Source: a virus
Virus record (IMG/VR): IMGVR_UViG_3300045902_000666
Coordinates: 1 to 64,000 of that record
DNA: 64,000 bases
Reading direction: 5' to 3' (one strand)
How positions within the stretch are numbered: the stretch's first letter is position 1; each line of letters begins with the position of its first letter. The notes below the pieces were generated by a model. That model had not been told where the DNA came from, did not search any database, and saw only the letters and a list, made by a program, of their open reading frames with translations. Positions 28,007 through 36,927 of this stretch are shown piece by piece. The position numbers and the translations under genes were made by a program.

Positions 28007-28082
28007 TGGAGGTGAGGAGATTCGAACTCCCATATGTCCCACGTTGCAAACGTGGCGCTTCAGCCAGTTGAGCCACACCCCC
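28007..28082 (-). tRNA. tRNA-Ala(TGC)
   Basis: TTTGCAA loop, G3:U70. Confidence 0.9.
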
Positions 28083-28229
28083 AAACAGAGGGAAGACTAA
28101 CCCTCTTTTTGTTTCCTGTGCACCAGAAACCTTAAGTCTTTTTGTGGAGAAATAGGGAGTTTAATCTTGGTCAGTCACTCCGTCAAGCTGTTACACAACA
28201 TTAACTGACTACTTAAATCCCCAATATAT

Positions 28230-28679
28230 TTAAACCCACATTCCACCAGAACCTAAAAACTCTGAATAATCATCGAGGTCATCTTTCTTGACCTCTTGGG
28301 TTTTATCTTTATTCAACATGTCAAAGTACTCTTGATTTCTTTTTCTCCTCTTCTTTTCAATTCTATTTCTAAAATCTCTCAAGAGAGGTTCTGGAATCTG
28401 GATGTTCATCGTTTGGAATTCATCTAATATTTCTTTTTCAGTAAATGTCCAGTCAACAATTCCTTCACTCCATTGGTCAACCCACAATCCCCAGCTTTTT
28501 TTACCAATCATAACACTGTTTAAAATATTAGAGTGTCTTGTTTTTGGTACTTCCCCATCTTTATATTGTCCGTTTTCTAACTTCCTAAAGCAAAATTTTC
28601 CTTCATCACCATTAACATCAAATTCTACTTTTGTCGGTGAGCCGCAGAATACTAATATTCCACATCTATTGCTCTTCAA
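28230..28679 (-). CDS. hypothetical protein, start uncertain
   Basis: 149-aa ORF with TTG start. Confidence 0.5.
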   Translation of the reverse strand: MKSNRCGILVFCGSPTKVEFDVNGDEGKFCFRKLENGQYKDGEVPKTRHSNILNSVMIGKKSWGLWVDQWSEGIVDWTFTEKEILDEFQTMNIQIPEPLLRDFRNRIEKKRRKRNQEYFDMLNKDKTQEVKKDDLDDYSEFLGSGGMWV

Positions 28680-29020
28680 AAAGAAATTGAATATTTTATT
28701 AAAATTATCAGAATACTTTTGAAGTTTTCTATCCTTCTTACTTCCGATTTCTTTTTTTCTTTCTTCAATCCTTTCGTTTCTTGTTAGATTCTGGCTCCCA
28801 AGCTTTTACCCCCTTGATTTTTCATGTTTTTAGTTTATTTTAAATTTAACAATTCTTTTTTAGAGTCTTGAATTTTTCTTTGATAATCTGAGACACTAAT
28901 CTCCTTCGTGTTAGAAGTTTTTTTAGTTAACTGTTCTCTTATTTCATTTTCTAAAAACTCAATTCTCTCTTGTAGTTTTTTTCTTTTTTTTTCAATTTTA
29001 CTCATTTCTTTTTTCTTTTG

Positions 29021-29094
29021 TCGGGGTGGCCAGACTCGAACTGACGATACTCTTGGTCCCGAACCAAGCGTATTGCCAACTTTCCCACACCCCA
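29021..29094 (-). tRNA. tRNA-Pro(CGG)
   Basis: TTCGGGA loop. Confidence 0.85.
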
Positions 29095-29103
29095 GTGGTT
29101 TTT

Positions 29104-29577
29104 TTATTTATTTTTATTCTTTCCAGAAAAATTATTAGTTTGAGAGTGACAGTTAGGACAAATAAATCTTAAATTTGGAATCCTATTATCATTAGGATTT
29201 CCATTTTTATGGTCTAATTGCAATTGTAACTTTTTACCATTCCAAATACCTTTATTACCACATTCTTCACACTTATAAACTAAAATTTTTTCATTAATTA
29301 ATCTAATTTTCAATCTGTGCCTGTTTGTATAAGTAGAATTTTCTACTAATATGTCTTTTAGTGGTATTTTAGTTGTTGCATTATTACTCCTTCTTTCTAA
29401 ATGAGAATAGTCAATTCCCTCTTTAATTATTCTATCTTTTACTTTTTTATGCATCGTACCACTATTAGTTCTAAAACCAAAATACATTAAAATATCTCTA
29501 ATACTATTTTTAGTTTTTACTATTTCTAGAAATTTCTCAATTTCTATCGTATCAATTATACTTTTTTTTCTTGCCAT
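29104..29577 (-). CDS. HNH homing endonuclease
   Basis: LQLDHKNG..DNR..NLRFICPNCH; probable start MARKK at 29577. Confidence 0.9.
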   Translation of the reverse strand: MARKKSIIDTIEIEKFLEIVKTKNSIRDILMYFGFRTNSGTMHKKVKDRIIKEGIDYSHLERRSNNATTKIPLKDILVENSTYTNRHRLKIRLINEKILVYKCEECGNKGIWNGKKLQLQLDHKNGNPNDNRIPNLRFICPNCHSQTNNFSGKNKNK

Positions 29578-29654
29578 AATTTTTTTATTATAAATATAAC
29601 AAAAATAAAAATGGCGGCAGAACACAAAACTATCGCTTTCAAAGAACTTTTTTG

Positions 29655-29736
29655 TGGGAGCCGAGGGATTCGAACCCTCTCAGCCTAAGCACTTGTTTTA
29701 CAGACAAGCTCAACTCTCCAACGTTGACGCACTCCC
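29655..29736 (-). tRNA. tRNA-Tyr(GTA)
   Basis: CTGTAAA loop, variable arm. Confidence 0.85.
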
Positions 29737-29743
29737 AATATTG

Positions 29744-29827
29744 TGAAGTAGGTAAGAATCGAACTTACAAGGCCCGATGGCAACAGTTTTACAGACTGTC
29801 TCGCTTCCACTTACGGTCTACTACTTC
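29744..29827 (-). tRNA. tRNA-Tyr(GTA)
   Basis: CTGTAAA loop, variable arm. Confidence 0.8.
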
Positions 29828-29832
29828 ATTTG

Positions 29833-29909
29833 CGGTCTATATCGGATTCGAACCGACCTGTTTGTACTGCGTGACAGGCAGACGGCCACCCCAAGCAGCC
29901 CCATAGACC
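29833..29909 (-). tRNA. tRNA-Asp(GTC)
   Basis: CTGTCAC loop, G73. Confidence 0.85.
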
Positions 29910-29970
29910 ATTTATTCAAAGAACTTTTTCTGGCGGTGATGAAGGGACTCGAACCCTCCCATTCCGCTTG

Positions 29971-30044
29971 CGGTGCATACGGGACTCGAACCCGTGAACT
30001 CTACCGTGACAGGGTAGCATGATAACCAGCTTCACCAATGCACC
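29971..30044 (-). tRNA. tRNA-Asp(GTC)
   Basis: Canonical, G73. Confidence 0.92.
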
Positions 30045-30069
30045 ATTTATTTTTTTACTTATATTTTTG

Positions 30070-30145
30070 TCTGGTAAACAGGATTTGAACCTGCGCCTTC
30101 CTGCTTCCAATGCAGGCTGGGAAACCCTGACTCCCACACTACCAG
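30070..30145 (-). tRNA. tRNA-Pro(TGG), atypical
   Basis: CCTGC-ATTGGAA-GCAGG arm. Confidence 0.65.
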
Positions 30146-30216
30146 ATATTGTTGCAGATTTTATAACAGTGGAACAAAAGCTCTCTGAGCTATCATAAAA
30201 CACTGCAACTTCATTG

Positions 30217-30292
30217 TCGGGAAGACGGGACTCGAACCCGCATCAAGCTCCTCATCCCAAATGAGGCGAGGCACCAATTCCTCCACTTCCCG
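30217..30292 (-). tRNA. tRNA-Pro(TGG)
   Basis: TTTGGGA loop, C1:G72, A73. Confidence 0.9.
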
Positions 30293-30314
30293 AAAACTGA
30301 CACTTCAAACTTTA

Positions 30315-30400
30315 CCCAGATGATGGGGCTCGAACCCACGACCCTCGGCCTACCTACGCAAATGCTTTTACCGATGCTCTCCCGACTGAGCTACACCCAG
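30315..30400 (-). ncRNA. tRNA-like RNA with a ~20-nt expanded anticodon loop
   Basis: Normal D and T arms; no 7-nt anticodon loop. Confidence 0.55.
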
Positions 30401-30600
30401 AGTTATCCATGTCTTACTCAAATAACTACTCCCTCTTTTTACTTAGTTGTTTTTACTTACAATCTATTTTACCAAACCTGTCCAGACCCTTCCTCTGGCT
30501 CTTGGTTTTTTTAGCCTTTGCGTGTGTTATTTGATAAACATCAAAAGCTTTCATTACAACCTTTCATTAGAGCGCTTTCGCTACTCTTTCAAAATCACTG

Positions 30601-30731
30601 CTGGGGGCCCAAGACTCGAACTTGGACTACGGCTTTATGATTGCGAAGTAACTCTTTTACATCGCCACTGTTTGCCAGGGATAATTTGCCTAGAGTATGT
30701 TTTACGTGTGCTACCCTTACACTAACCCCCA
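30601..30731 (-). ncRNA. Y-RNA-like RNA in the opposite permutation (ends at the tRNA acceptor stem)
   Basis: tRNA 5' half, TTATCCCTG-GCAAA-CAGTGGCGATG..GTTACTTCG, tRNA 3' half. Confidence 0.65.
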
Positions 30732-30743
30732 ATATCAAAGAAC

Positions 30744-30774
30744 AAAAAAACCCGCTTCTTTTGGAAGCGGGTTT
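30744..30774 (-). terminator. attenuator terminator of tRNA operon 2
   Basis: AACCCGCTTC-CAAAA-GAAGCGGGTTTTTTT. Confidence 0.85.
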
Positions 30775-30804
30775 AACCTTTTTATCTAACCTTAAAACTT
30801 GACG

Positions 30805-30933
30805 TTATAATTTGGTCATGAAAATAGTTAATGAACCCGCTCCCTTGCTATAATCAGGGGCATAACCCATCCCTGCATCCCCCATCGCTGGAGCTGCTAC
30901 AGTATAAACCGGGTATGTCATTACTTTTTTCAT
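30805..30933 (-). CDS. leader peptide 2, MKKVMTYPVYTVAAPAMGDAGMGYAPDYSKGAGSLTIFMTKL
   Basis: 21 of codons 13-34 are A/P/M/G/D/Y/S; contains GGGAGCGGGTT antiterminator. Confidence 0.85.
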   Translation of the reverse strand: MKKVMTYPVYTVAAPAMGDAGMGYAPDYSKGAGSLTIFMTKL

Positions 30934-30952
30934 TGAATTTACTTTTTTATTT

Positions 30953-31025
30953 TAAATAGTTACAAATTTTCTTTTTCGTGAACAATTGTACGCAAATGTA
31001 CTGCAAAAGTTCTATAAAAGTCAAG
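30953..31025 (-). promoter_or_regulatory. promoter block of tRNA operon 2
   Basis: TTGAC..GAAC-N16-CGTACAA, TACATTTG, CTATTTA. Confidence 0.75.
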
Positions 31026-31066
31026 TTTTTTTTTATTTTTTTTTTAAAAAGCTGATTTTCAGCTCA

Positions 31067-31255
31067 TTATTTTTTTACAGCAGTTGTATCGCAACAAGCT
31101 TTTGTAGTATCACATGCTGTACTATCTGCTTTTACACAAACAGAATCAATCATACATACTGTACTATCCACTGTAGTAGTTTGCTCTTCTACAGATGAAC
31201 CTGTACAAGAAACTAAGGAAATAAGAATGGCCGAAGCTAAGATAATTTTTTTCAT
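31067..31255 (-). CDS. small lipoprotein
   Basis: Signal peptide with LVSC lipobox. Confidence 0.7.
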   Translation of the reverse strand: MKKIILASAILISLVSCTGSSVEEQTTTVDSTVCMIDSVCVKADSTACDTTKACCDTTAVKK

Positions 31256-31316
31256 TGTTTTTGGTTTTTATTCTGTTACCAATATATATAGTTGCTCATT
31301 GTATAGAAATTTATTC

Positions 31317-32585
31317 CTATGCAACAAGTTTATAAGCGTTTTGACTTTTGACTTCTGGTTTCCCTGAAATCGGAATCGTAAATCTTACTGGGCGAACTAC
31401 AACGCCCTCTATTCCATCGGCAAAAGCGTTTGGAATTACTTTTCTGATAATGTTGCCACTACCATTGCAGTCAGCATTGATTAGAATTTTTTTATTGCTT
31501 CGGAATAAACCTCTTTTTATTCTTCTGCCAGCATATTTTTCCTTATGCCTTATTTCTTCATTATCAAGGAAACTGCATTTGCTGGTATGGTTTTCTTCCT
31601 TTGCAATAACTTTCATTCCAATCAAATCACCTTTGTATTGCAGCATTTCAATAAATCTGGCAAATGGAATAGAAACAAAATTCTGATTGCTCTGCGCTCC
31701 CATATTTACCTCTTGCTTCCAATTTTTGTTCTTTCCAATGATAAGAGTTCCTATTCCATAATCTGAAAGACGATTGATAATGAACCTGCTTGCCTTGTGC
31801 AAATAGTCATCTATCTTCATATTGCGCTTAAAAGTCAGTCGTTCAATCTGATTGCTTGTTCTTCTGTTCTCATCTTCTTTCATCAGTTCACTCATCAGTT
31901 CTGCCTTTCGTTTATTGAAATACTGGTTGATACTCTTTAATGGTCTGCCGTTAATCAAAAGTGGTGTCCACTTATTATGATTTGATGTTACAGCCCCAAG
32001 ATTATCAACTCCTATATCAATTCCTGCCACTAAATTCTTGTTCAACTTTCTGTTTTTCCTTCTTTGTTCATAGACAACTTCTATTTTGTATTTTTTATTT
32101 TTAAGAGGAATAATTCTTGCTTGATTGATTTTATTGTGCAGAATTTTTATTTTAATATCAGTTCCAGAAAGATGTAAAATAAATTCTTCAAGTTCTGGCT
32201 TTGAAATTGCCTGAATAGTATAGATAAGAATGTTTCTCCCTGCTGTTTTGTGTTTGTATCTGGGTAGTTTAGGACGACCTTTGAATTTATCAGGATTTGC
32301 TTTCCATTCTTTTATTGACTTAAAAAATGATTTCCAATTCCTGTCAAGTTGCATCAAAACCTGCTGGCTTACCTTTCTTGGCAATGCTTCATAATCTACA
32401 TCTTTTGAGTTCTGCAGTTGTTTTTGTAAATCATTATAACGAATCCATTTTTTGTTTTTAATAAATTCTTGACGAATAATATAATTGGCTCTGTTGTAGA
32501 GATTCTTTGAAAGAAAACAAATCTTATCAATTTCTTTATAGAAATCAGAGTTATTGCTGATAATATGTTTTTCAACTAATTTCAT
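31317..32585 (-). CDS. tnpB: TnpB RNA-guided nuclease (IS607-like, tnpA lost)
   Basis: GIDIG, EENHTSKCS, INADCNG. Confidence 0.9.
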   Translation of the reverse strand: MKLVEKHIISNNSDFYKEIDKICFLSKNLYNRANYIIRQEFIKNKKWIRYNDLQKQLQNSKDVDYEALPRKVSQQVLMQLDRNWKSFFKSIKEWKANPDKFKGRPKLPRYKHKTAGRNILIYTIQAISKPELEEFILHLSGTDIKIKILHNKINQARIIPLKNKKYKIEVVYEQRRKNRKLNKNLVAGIDIGVDNLGAVTSNHNKWTPLLINGRPLKSINQYFNKRKAELMSELMKEDENRRTSNQIERLTFKRNMKIDDYLHKASRFIINRLSDYGIGTLIIGKNKNWKQEVNMGAQSNQNFVSIPFARFIEMLQYKGDLIGMKVIAKEENHTSKCSFLDNEEIRHKEKYAGRRIKRGLFRSNKKILINADCNGSGNIIRKVIPNAFADGIEGVVVRPVRFTIPISGKPEVKSQNAYKLVA

Positions 32586-32698
32586 TTTTTGCTTTCTAAT
32601 TGTTCTGTAATATTTTTCTATTTACAACTATCAATATCTATTAAATAGTTCAAATATTAAGATACCTAAATTTCAGAAATGTAACCCAAGTTTAAAAA

Positions 32699-33256
32699 TT
32701 ATTTTTTAAAGTTAGGCTCCCTAAAATTAACTGATTTTAATATCTTATTGGTCTCTTTATTTTTTATGATAAAGTATTCTCCAACTTTTTCATAATAAGT
32801 ATCAATCTTTTCTCCCATTTTAGCTGGGTGATTCCCTTCTGAATAAAGACGCACAGTTTCTTGGGCTTCTTCTTCTGTTTTGCAATATTTAGAAAAATTA
32901 GAATCCATTACTTCTTTGAAATCTTCATCAAACTTATCTCTTAATCCAGCGAAATGAATCAGATTACCCATAACCACTCTTAAGTCTGCACAAGCATCTC
33001 TTAATTCATCAACACTACCACTCTCTTTTTTTGGAGATGTTAATAGTTTGTCCATGTGTTTATCAATTGTTCTTCTTACGTTATTAAAGAACTCATAAGT
33101 TTGTTCATAAGTTCCTGCTTCAGCTGCTTCTAATAATTCTTCCAACACCAAAGAAAGAGCTAATTGAAATTTTTTATTCTCTGGAAAAACAGGAACATTA
33201 TCATGCTTATTTCCTGATAAATCCAACCATTCTGAAATTAATTTTTGTTCGTTCAT
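32699..33256 (-). CDS. MazG-like NTP pyrophosphohydrolase
   Basis: LEELLE..DACAD..EVMDSNFSK..KILKS. Confidence 0.8.
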   Translation of the reverse strand: MNEQKLISEWLDLSGNKHDNVPVFPENKKFQLALSLVLEELLEAAEAGTYEQTYEFFNNVRRTIDKHMDKLLTSPKKESGSVDELRDACADLRVVMGNLIHFAGLRDKFDEDFKEVMDSNFSKYCKTEEEAQETVRLYSEGNHPAKMGEKIDTYYEKVGEYFIIKNKETNKILKSVNFREPNFKK

Positions 33257-33276
33257 ATTTTTTTGTTGTTATTTAT

Positions 33277-33660
33277 TTACCACCACAAGGCAAGGAACCA
33301 CTTTCTAAATAAATCCATTCCCTCCTCAAATTCTTTATATTCTCCTTCTGTTAACATAAAAGCCCCATTTTCTTTTGTAAGAAGCTCAAAAGCTTTTATC
33401 ATTTTATCAAGTATTTCATCCCACTCTTCTTCTTTTAAACCCCCCGGATGGGCTATTGTAACTTCTTTAAACCTTTTTAATCTTGGCAAAATGAAACGTC
33501 CAATAGTGTCTCTTAAACTCCATGTTTCAGAGTCATCAAAACCATTTTGTTTTCTTTGTTCAATAAATTCCTCTTCTCTTTTATCATCTTTGCTGGTAAG
33601 AGAAAAACAAATATTAGGGATACCCAAATATTTAATATCTATTTTTTCTTCATTCTTCAT
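33277..33660 (-). CDS. hypothetical phage protein
   Basis: ORF ending LFRKWFLALWW. Confidence 0.65.
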   Translation of the reverse strand: MKNEEKIDIKYLGIPNICFSLTSKDDKREEEFIEQRKQNGFDDSETWSLRDTIGRFILPRLKRFKEVTIAHPGGLKEEEWDEILDKMIKAFELLTKENGAFMLTEGEYKEFEEGMDLFRKWFLALWW

Positions 33661-33961
33661 ATCTGTAATCACAATTTACATCACAAACTTTACATTGGTC
33701 ATTTAAACACATGTCATCTTCCACGCCAGTTAACGCACATCTGGAAACATAATGGTCTGGATATTCCATATCTATTTCATCAGGTTCTTTTTTATCTTTT
33801 GCTTGTATTGTTTCATAAAAAGGACAACTTTCTATTTCCAATGAACCATCACCATTACTTTTTATAATATTATAACAATAAGGACCTTTAGGAACTTTAG
33901 CTAGTTTATTTAAAAACTCTTTTCTTTCTTCAGTATTTTTTACAAGCAGCTTTTTTTTCAT
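33650..33961 (-). CDS. Cys-rich hypothetical protein
   Basis: PKGPYCY..CPF..DQCKVC. Confidence 0.65.
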   Translation of the reverse strand: MKKKLLVKNTEERKEFLNKLAKVPKGPYCYNIIKSNGDGSLEIESCPFYETIQAKDKKEPDEIDMEYPDHYVSRCALTGVEDDMCLNDQCKVCDVNCDYRYEE

Positions 33962-33964
33962 GCG

Positions 33965-35341
33965 TTAAAAATCATCATTGTCTTTTAAAACAAAAACATC
34001 AGATGGTTTATATTCTCTGACTTTTTCATTCTCGTCATTGAAACCAATCTTAACCCTTCCTCCAATCATACTTTCTTCTTCTGCAAGGTCATAAACATCT
34101 TTAAGGTCTTTTTGCATATTTTCTTTTACAGTCTTAATCAAGTCAACTGTAATATCTTCTCCTTTACTTACCGCAAAAGAAATAGAAGCATTTGCCAATT
34201 CTTTTATTTGTGCGCCAGTCATGCCTTTATCATCATTAAGAACTTTCTCAAAAAATTCTCTTGCCAAGTCTTCATTCTTTTTCTTTGAAAATTCTTTTTT
34301 AAACAACAAACCTTCAAAATAAATTTTAGCACACTCAACAACATATTCATCTTTTAATGCACCAAACTTAATAACTTTATCAACACGTCCCGGTCTTTTT
34401 AAAATCCTTGGTTCTATTTTTTGAGGGAAATTGGTGGTCATAATAATATATGCACCTTCTTTGTTTACAGGCTGGTCTACACCATCAAGAAAATTTAACA
34501 AGCCTGAATCTACTCTTCCTAATGTGGACTCTGCATCTTCTAAAATTACAATTGTACTTATTTTATGCTTAGCACATTTTACTAAATGGTGAGCACAAGC
34601 AACAATATCTGTAGCAAATACAACACATTTGTCTTTAGCATGTTTTTTAGCTACCCTATAACAAATAGATGATTTACCAGTTCCAGGTTCTCCAACCAAC
34701 ATCACCTTTCTAACTCCCGGCATATTAAATCTAGTAAAGTGACTTATGTTGTTATAGAAAAAATTCATATCATTTGTCAACGTTTCTATTGACTGATGAA
34801 CTACTGGAGTCTCGTTTAATTTTTCTGGCTTTGAATAATGCAATCTTGGTCCCATAGGTGTTTGGACCATTGAAATTCTATGAATACCAATTTTTGGTTT
34901 TGAATTTACTTTGGTCTGCTCTTTATAGTATTGAAGAAAGTTTTTCCAAACTTCTTTTTCGGCTGCAAACATTCCTTCTACCGCTTGATTTTTTCCAAAT
35001 CCAGAAAGCCATTTTGCATAGTACATATAAGAACCATCTGAAAATTTTACTTTAAACAACCCAGATGTGTCTTTTACTTTAACCATCTTTTTCTTTGGGT
35101 CAAATGATATACCAAAAGATATACTGGTGATAATATCGCTATTGATAGGCTCAATATCTACAGCACGAAATTTTTTGTTAGATTTTATTCTTTTGCTTTT
35201 AGCAATTAAATCTTTAAAAGTTTGTAGTTCATAATCTTGAGTATAGTTAACATATACAAACCCAGATTTATCTTCACCACCTTTATCATCAAGATATTTT
35301 TTTCTTAGTAATTTGGAAATTGTTTCAAATTTTGCAGACAT
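33965..35341 (-). CDS. AAA+ ATPase
   Basis: GEPGTGKS, ILEDAE, TTN, RPGRVD. Confidence 0.92.
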   Translation of the reverse strand: MSAKFETISKLLRKKYLDDKGGEDKSGFVYVNYTQDYELQTFKDLIAKSKRIKSNKKFRAVDIEPINSDIITSISFGISFDPKKKMVKVKDTSGLFKVKFSDGSYMYYAKWLSGFGKNQAVEGMFAAEKEVWKNFLQYYKEQTKVNSKPKIGIHRISMVQTPMGPRLHYSKPEKLNETPVVHQSIETLTNDMNFFYNNISHFTRFNMPGVRKVMLVGEPGTGKSSICYRVAKKHAKDKCVVFATDIVACAHHLVKCAKHKISTIVILEDAESTLGRVDSGLLNFLDGVDQPVNKEGAYIIMTTNFPQKIEPRILKRPGRVDKVIKFGALKDEYVVECAKIYFEGLLFKKEFSKKKNEDLAREFFEKVLNDDKGMTGAQIKELANASISFAVSKGEDITVDLIKTVKENMQKDLKDVYDLAEEESMIGGRVKIGFNDENEKVREYKPSDVFVLKDNDDF

Positions 35342-35434
35342 GATTTTTTTGTTTTTTTAGATAAACAAATATACATAAAAAAACAAAAGCCTGCAATTTT
35401 TTTGCAGGCTTTCATGTAATTATTTTAGTAAATT

Positions 35435-35916
35435 TTAGAATGCAAATGTTAAACCCATACTAACGTAGTTTGTTCAAGCCCAGTTACTATATTGAACGAA
35501 GTATCCCAATTTATTTGGCATATATGAGAATCCAGCTCCATATTCTAAAAAGTTATTAAATCCAGATTCAAAATAAGCTCCTACACCAAATAAAGCATAT
35601 AACCACTACATTTACCAATCGGCTTTGAAATAGAAGTTTTCAATTCATAAAATCCTCTTGTTGTTGAAGAAGCGAAAATATTCTCAACTCCAAAAACAGC
35701 ACCAAGACTTACGTTATCGCCCATTACACCAAATTCAACAGATGGATAGGATGCTTTATTGAAGTTGTCAATATTAGAGTCGCTTGGGTCTACATGCCCA
35801 ACCGACAAACCTACAGAGGCATAAGGTTTTAATTTTGTTTTTGTAGAATCAGTTTGTGAAAAAGCTGTTGTTGTAATCAACATAGTAACAGCAAGTAATG
35901 TAACAATTTTTTTCAT
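35435..35916 (-). pseudogene. disrupted outer-membrane beta-barrel-like protein
   Basis: Signal peptide; frameshift near 35600; in-frame TGA near 35474; C-terminus GLTFAF. Confidence 0.65.
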
Positions 35917-36051
35917 TTTGTTTTTTTGTTTTTAAATTAAAAAAGCACCAATTATTAAACCTACAATAAAAGATATTATAGCGGCAGGATAGGTGAAACG
36001 TCCCATCATTCTTACTCCATAGAAAAAGGCAAAAATTTGTTTAAACATAAA

Positions 36052-36924
36052 TTATAAATTAATAAATAAACCTCTCAATTCATCGCACAAAGCATGAAAT
36101 GTAGAGTCTGATTCAATATTAGGTCTCCAAGCAAGTCCACGCTCTATTAAATCATATTCTTTTTTAATTTTTGCCCCCGGAATAATTTCCCCATTTTCAT
36201 TTCTGTCACGACCCATTACCCAAAGAGTATCAGCAATTGCTGTTGTAGAAATAATATCATGAGACACAATAATGATTGTGTTTAATTCATGCATATTTGC
36301 AACTTCAATAATAAGATTTGACACTTTCTTAATCATCAATGGGTCCAAGCCAGAAAATGGCTCATCCATTAAAAGGAAATTATTTGAACAAAGTATCTGC
36401 TGAGCAATTGCAGTTCTTTGTTTTTGTCCACCAGATAACTGAGCAGGATAATAGTTTTTCCTTTTATCTAAATCGAATCTTTTAAGAATATCCTCTATTC
36501 TGTCATGCCTTTCAGATTTGTTTTTATACTTCATCTTAGCAGCAATATCCAAGTTTCCGAAAACAGTTCTATGTTCAAATAGTGGATAGTTTTGTTGAAC
36601 AACACCAATATTACCAAGTTTAACTGGCTCAAGTTTTTCTCCAATAGATACTTTACCAACAGCTAATTTTTCTTGTTTAATAGCGTATTCATGCCCTGGA
36701 TTACTTTCCATATCAATAGATATAATCCCAGATAAAATTTCAAAAAACTTTGTTTTACCAATACCAGATGGACCAAGAAAACCAATAATTTGTCCTTGTG
36801 TCATTCCGGGACGAACAATATTTTTTACTTCTACGTTGATGTCTTTTAAAATTTGACTCTCACCGTAATTTAACGAAACATTTTCTACTTTTAAAATTGT
36901 TTCTTTTTTCTCGTATGAATACAT
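36052..36924 (-). CDS. ABC transporter ATP-binding protein (NitT/TauT-like)
   Basis: GPSGIGKT, LSGGQ, LLMDEPF, SHD. Confidence 0.95.
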   Translation of the reverse strand: MYSYEKKETILKVENVSLNYGESQILKDINVEVKNIVRPGMTQGQIIGFLGPSGIGKTKFFEILSGIISIDMESNPGHEYAIKQEKLAVGKVSIGEKLEPVKLGNIGVVQQNYPLFEHRTVFGNLDIAAKMKYKNKSERHDRIEDILKRFDLDKRKNYYPAQLSGGQKQRTAIAQQILCSNNFLLMDEPFSGLDPLMIKKVSNLIIEVANMHELNTIIIVSHDIISTTAIADTLWVMGRDRNENGEIIPGAKIKKEYDLIERGLAWRPNIESDSTFHALCDELRGLFINL

Positions 36925-36927
36925 ATC

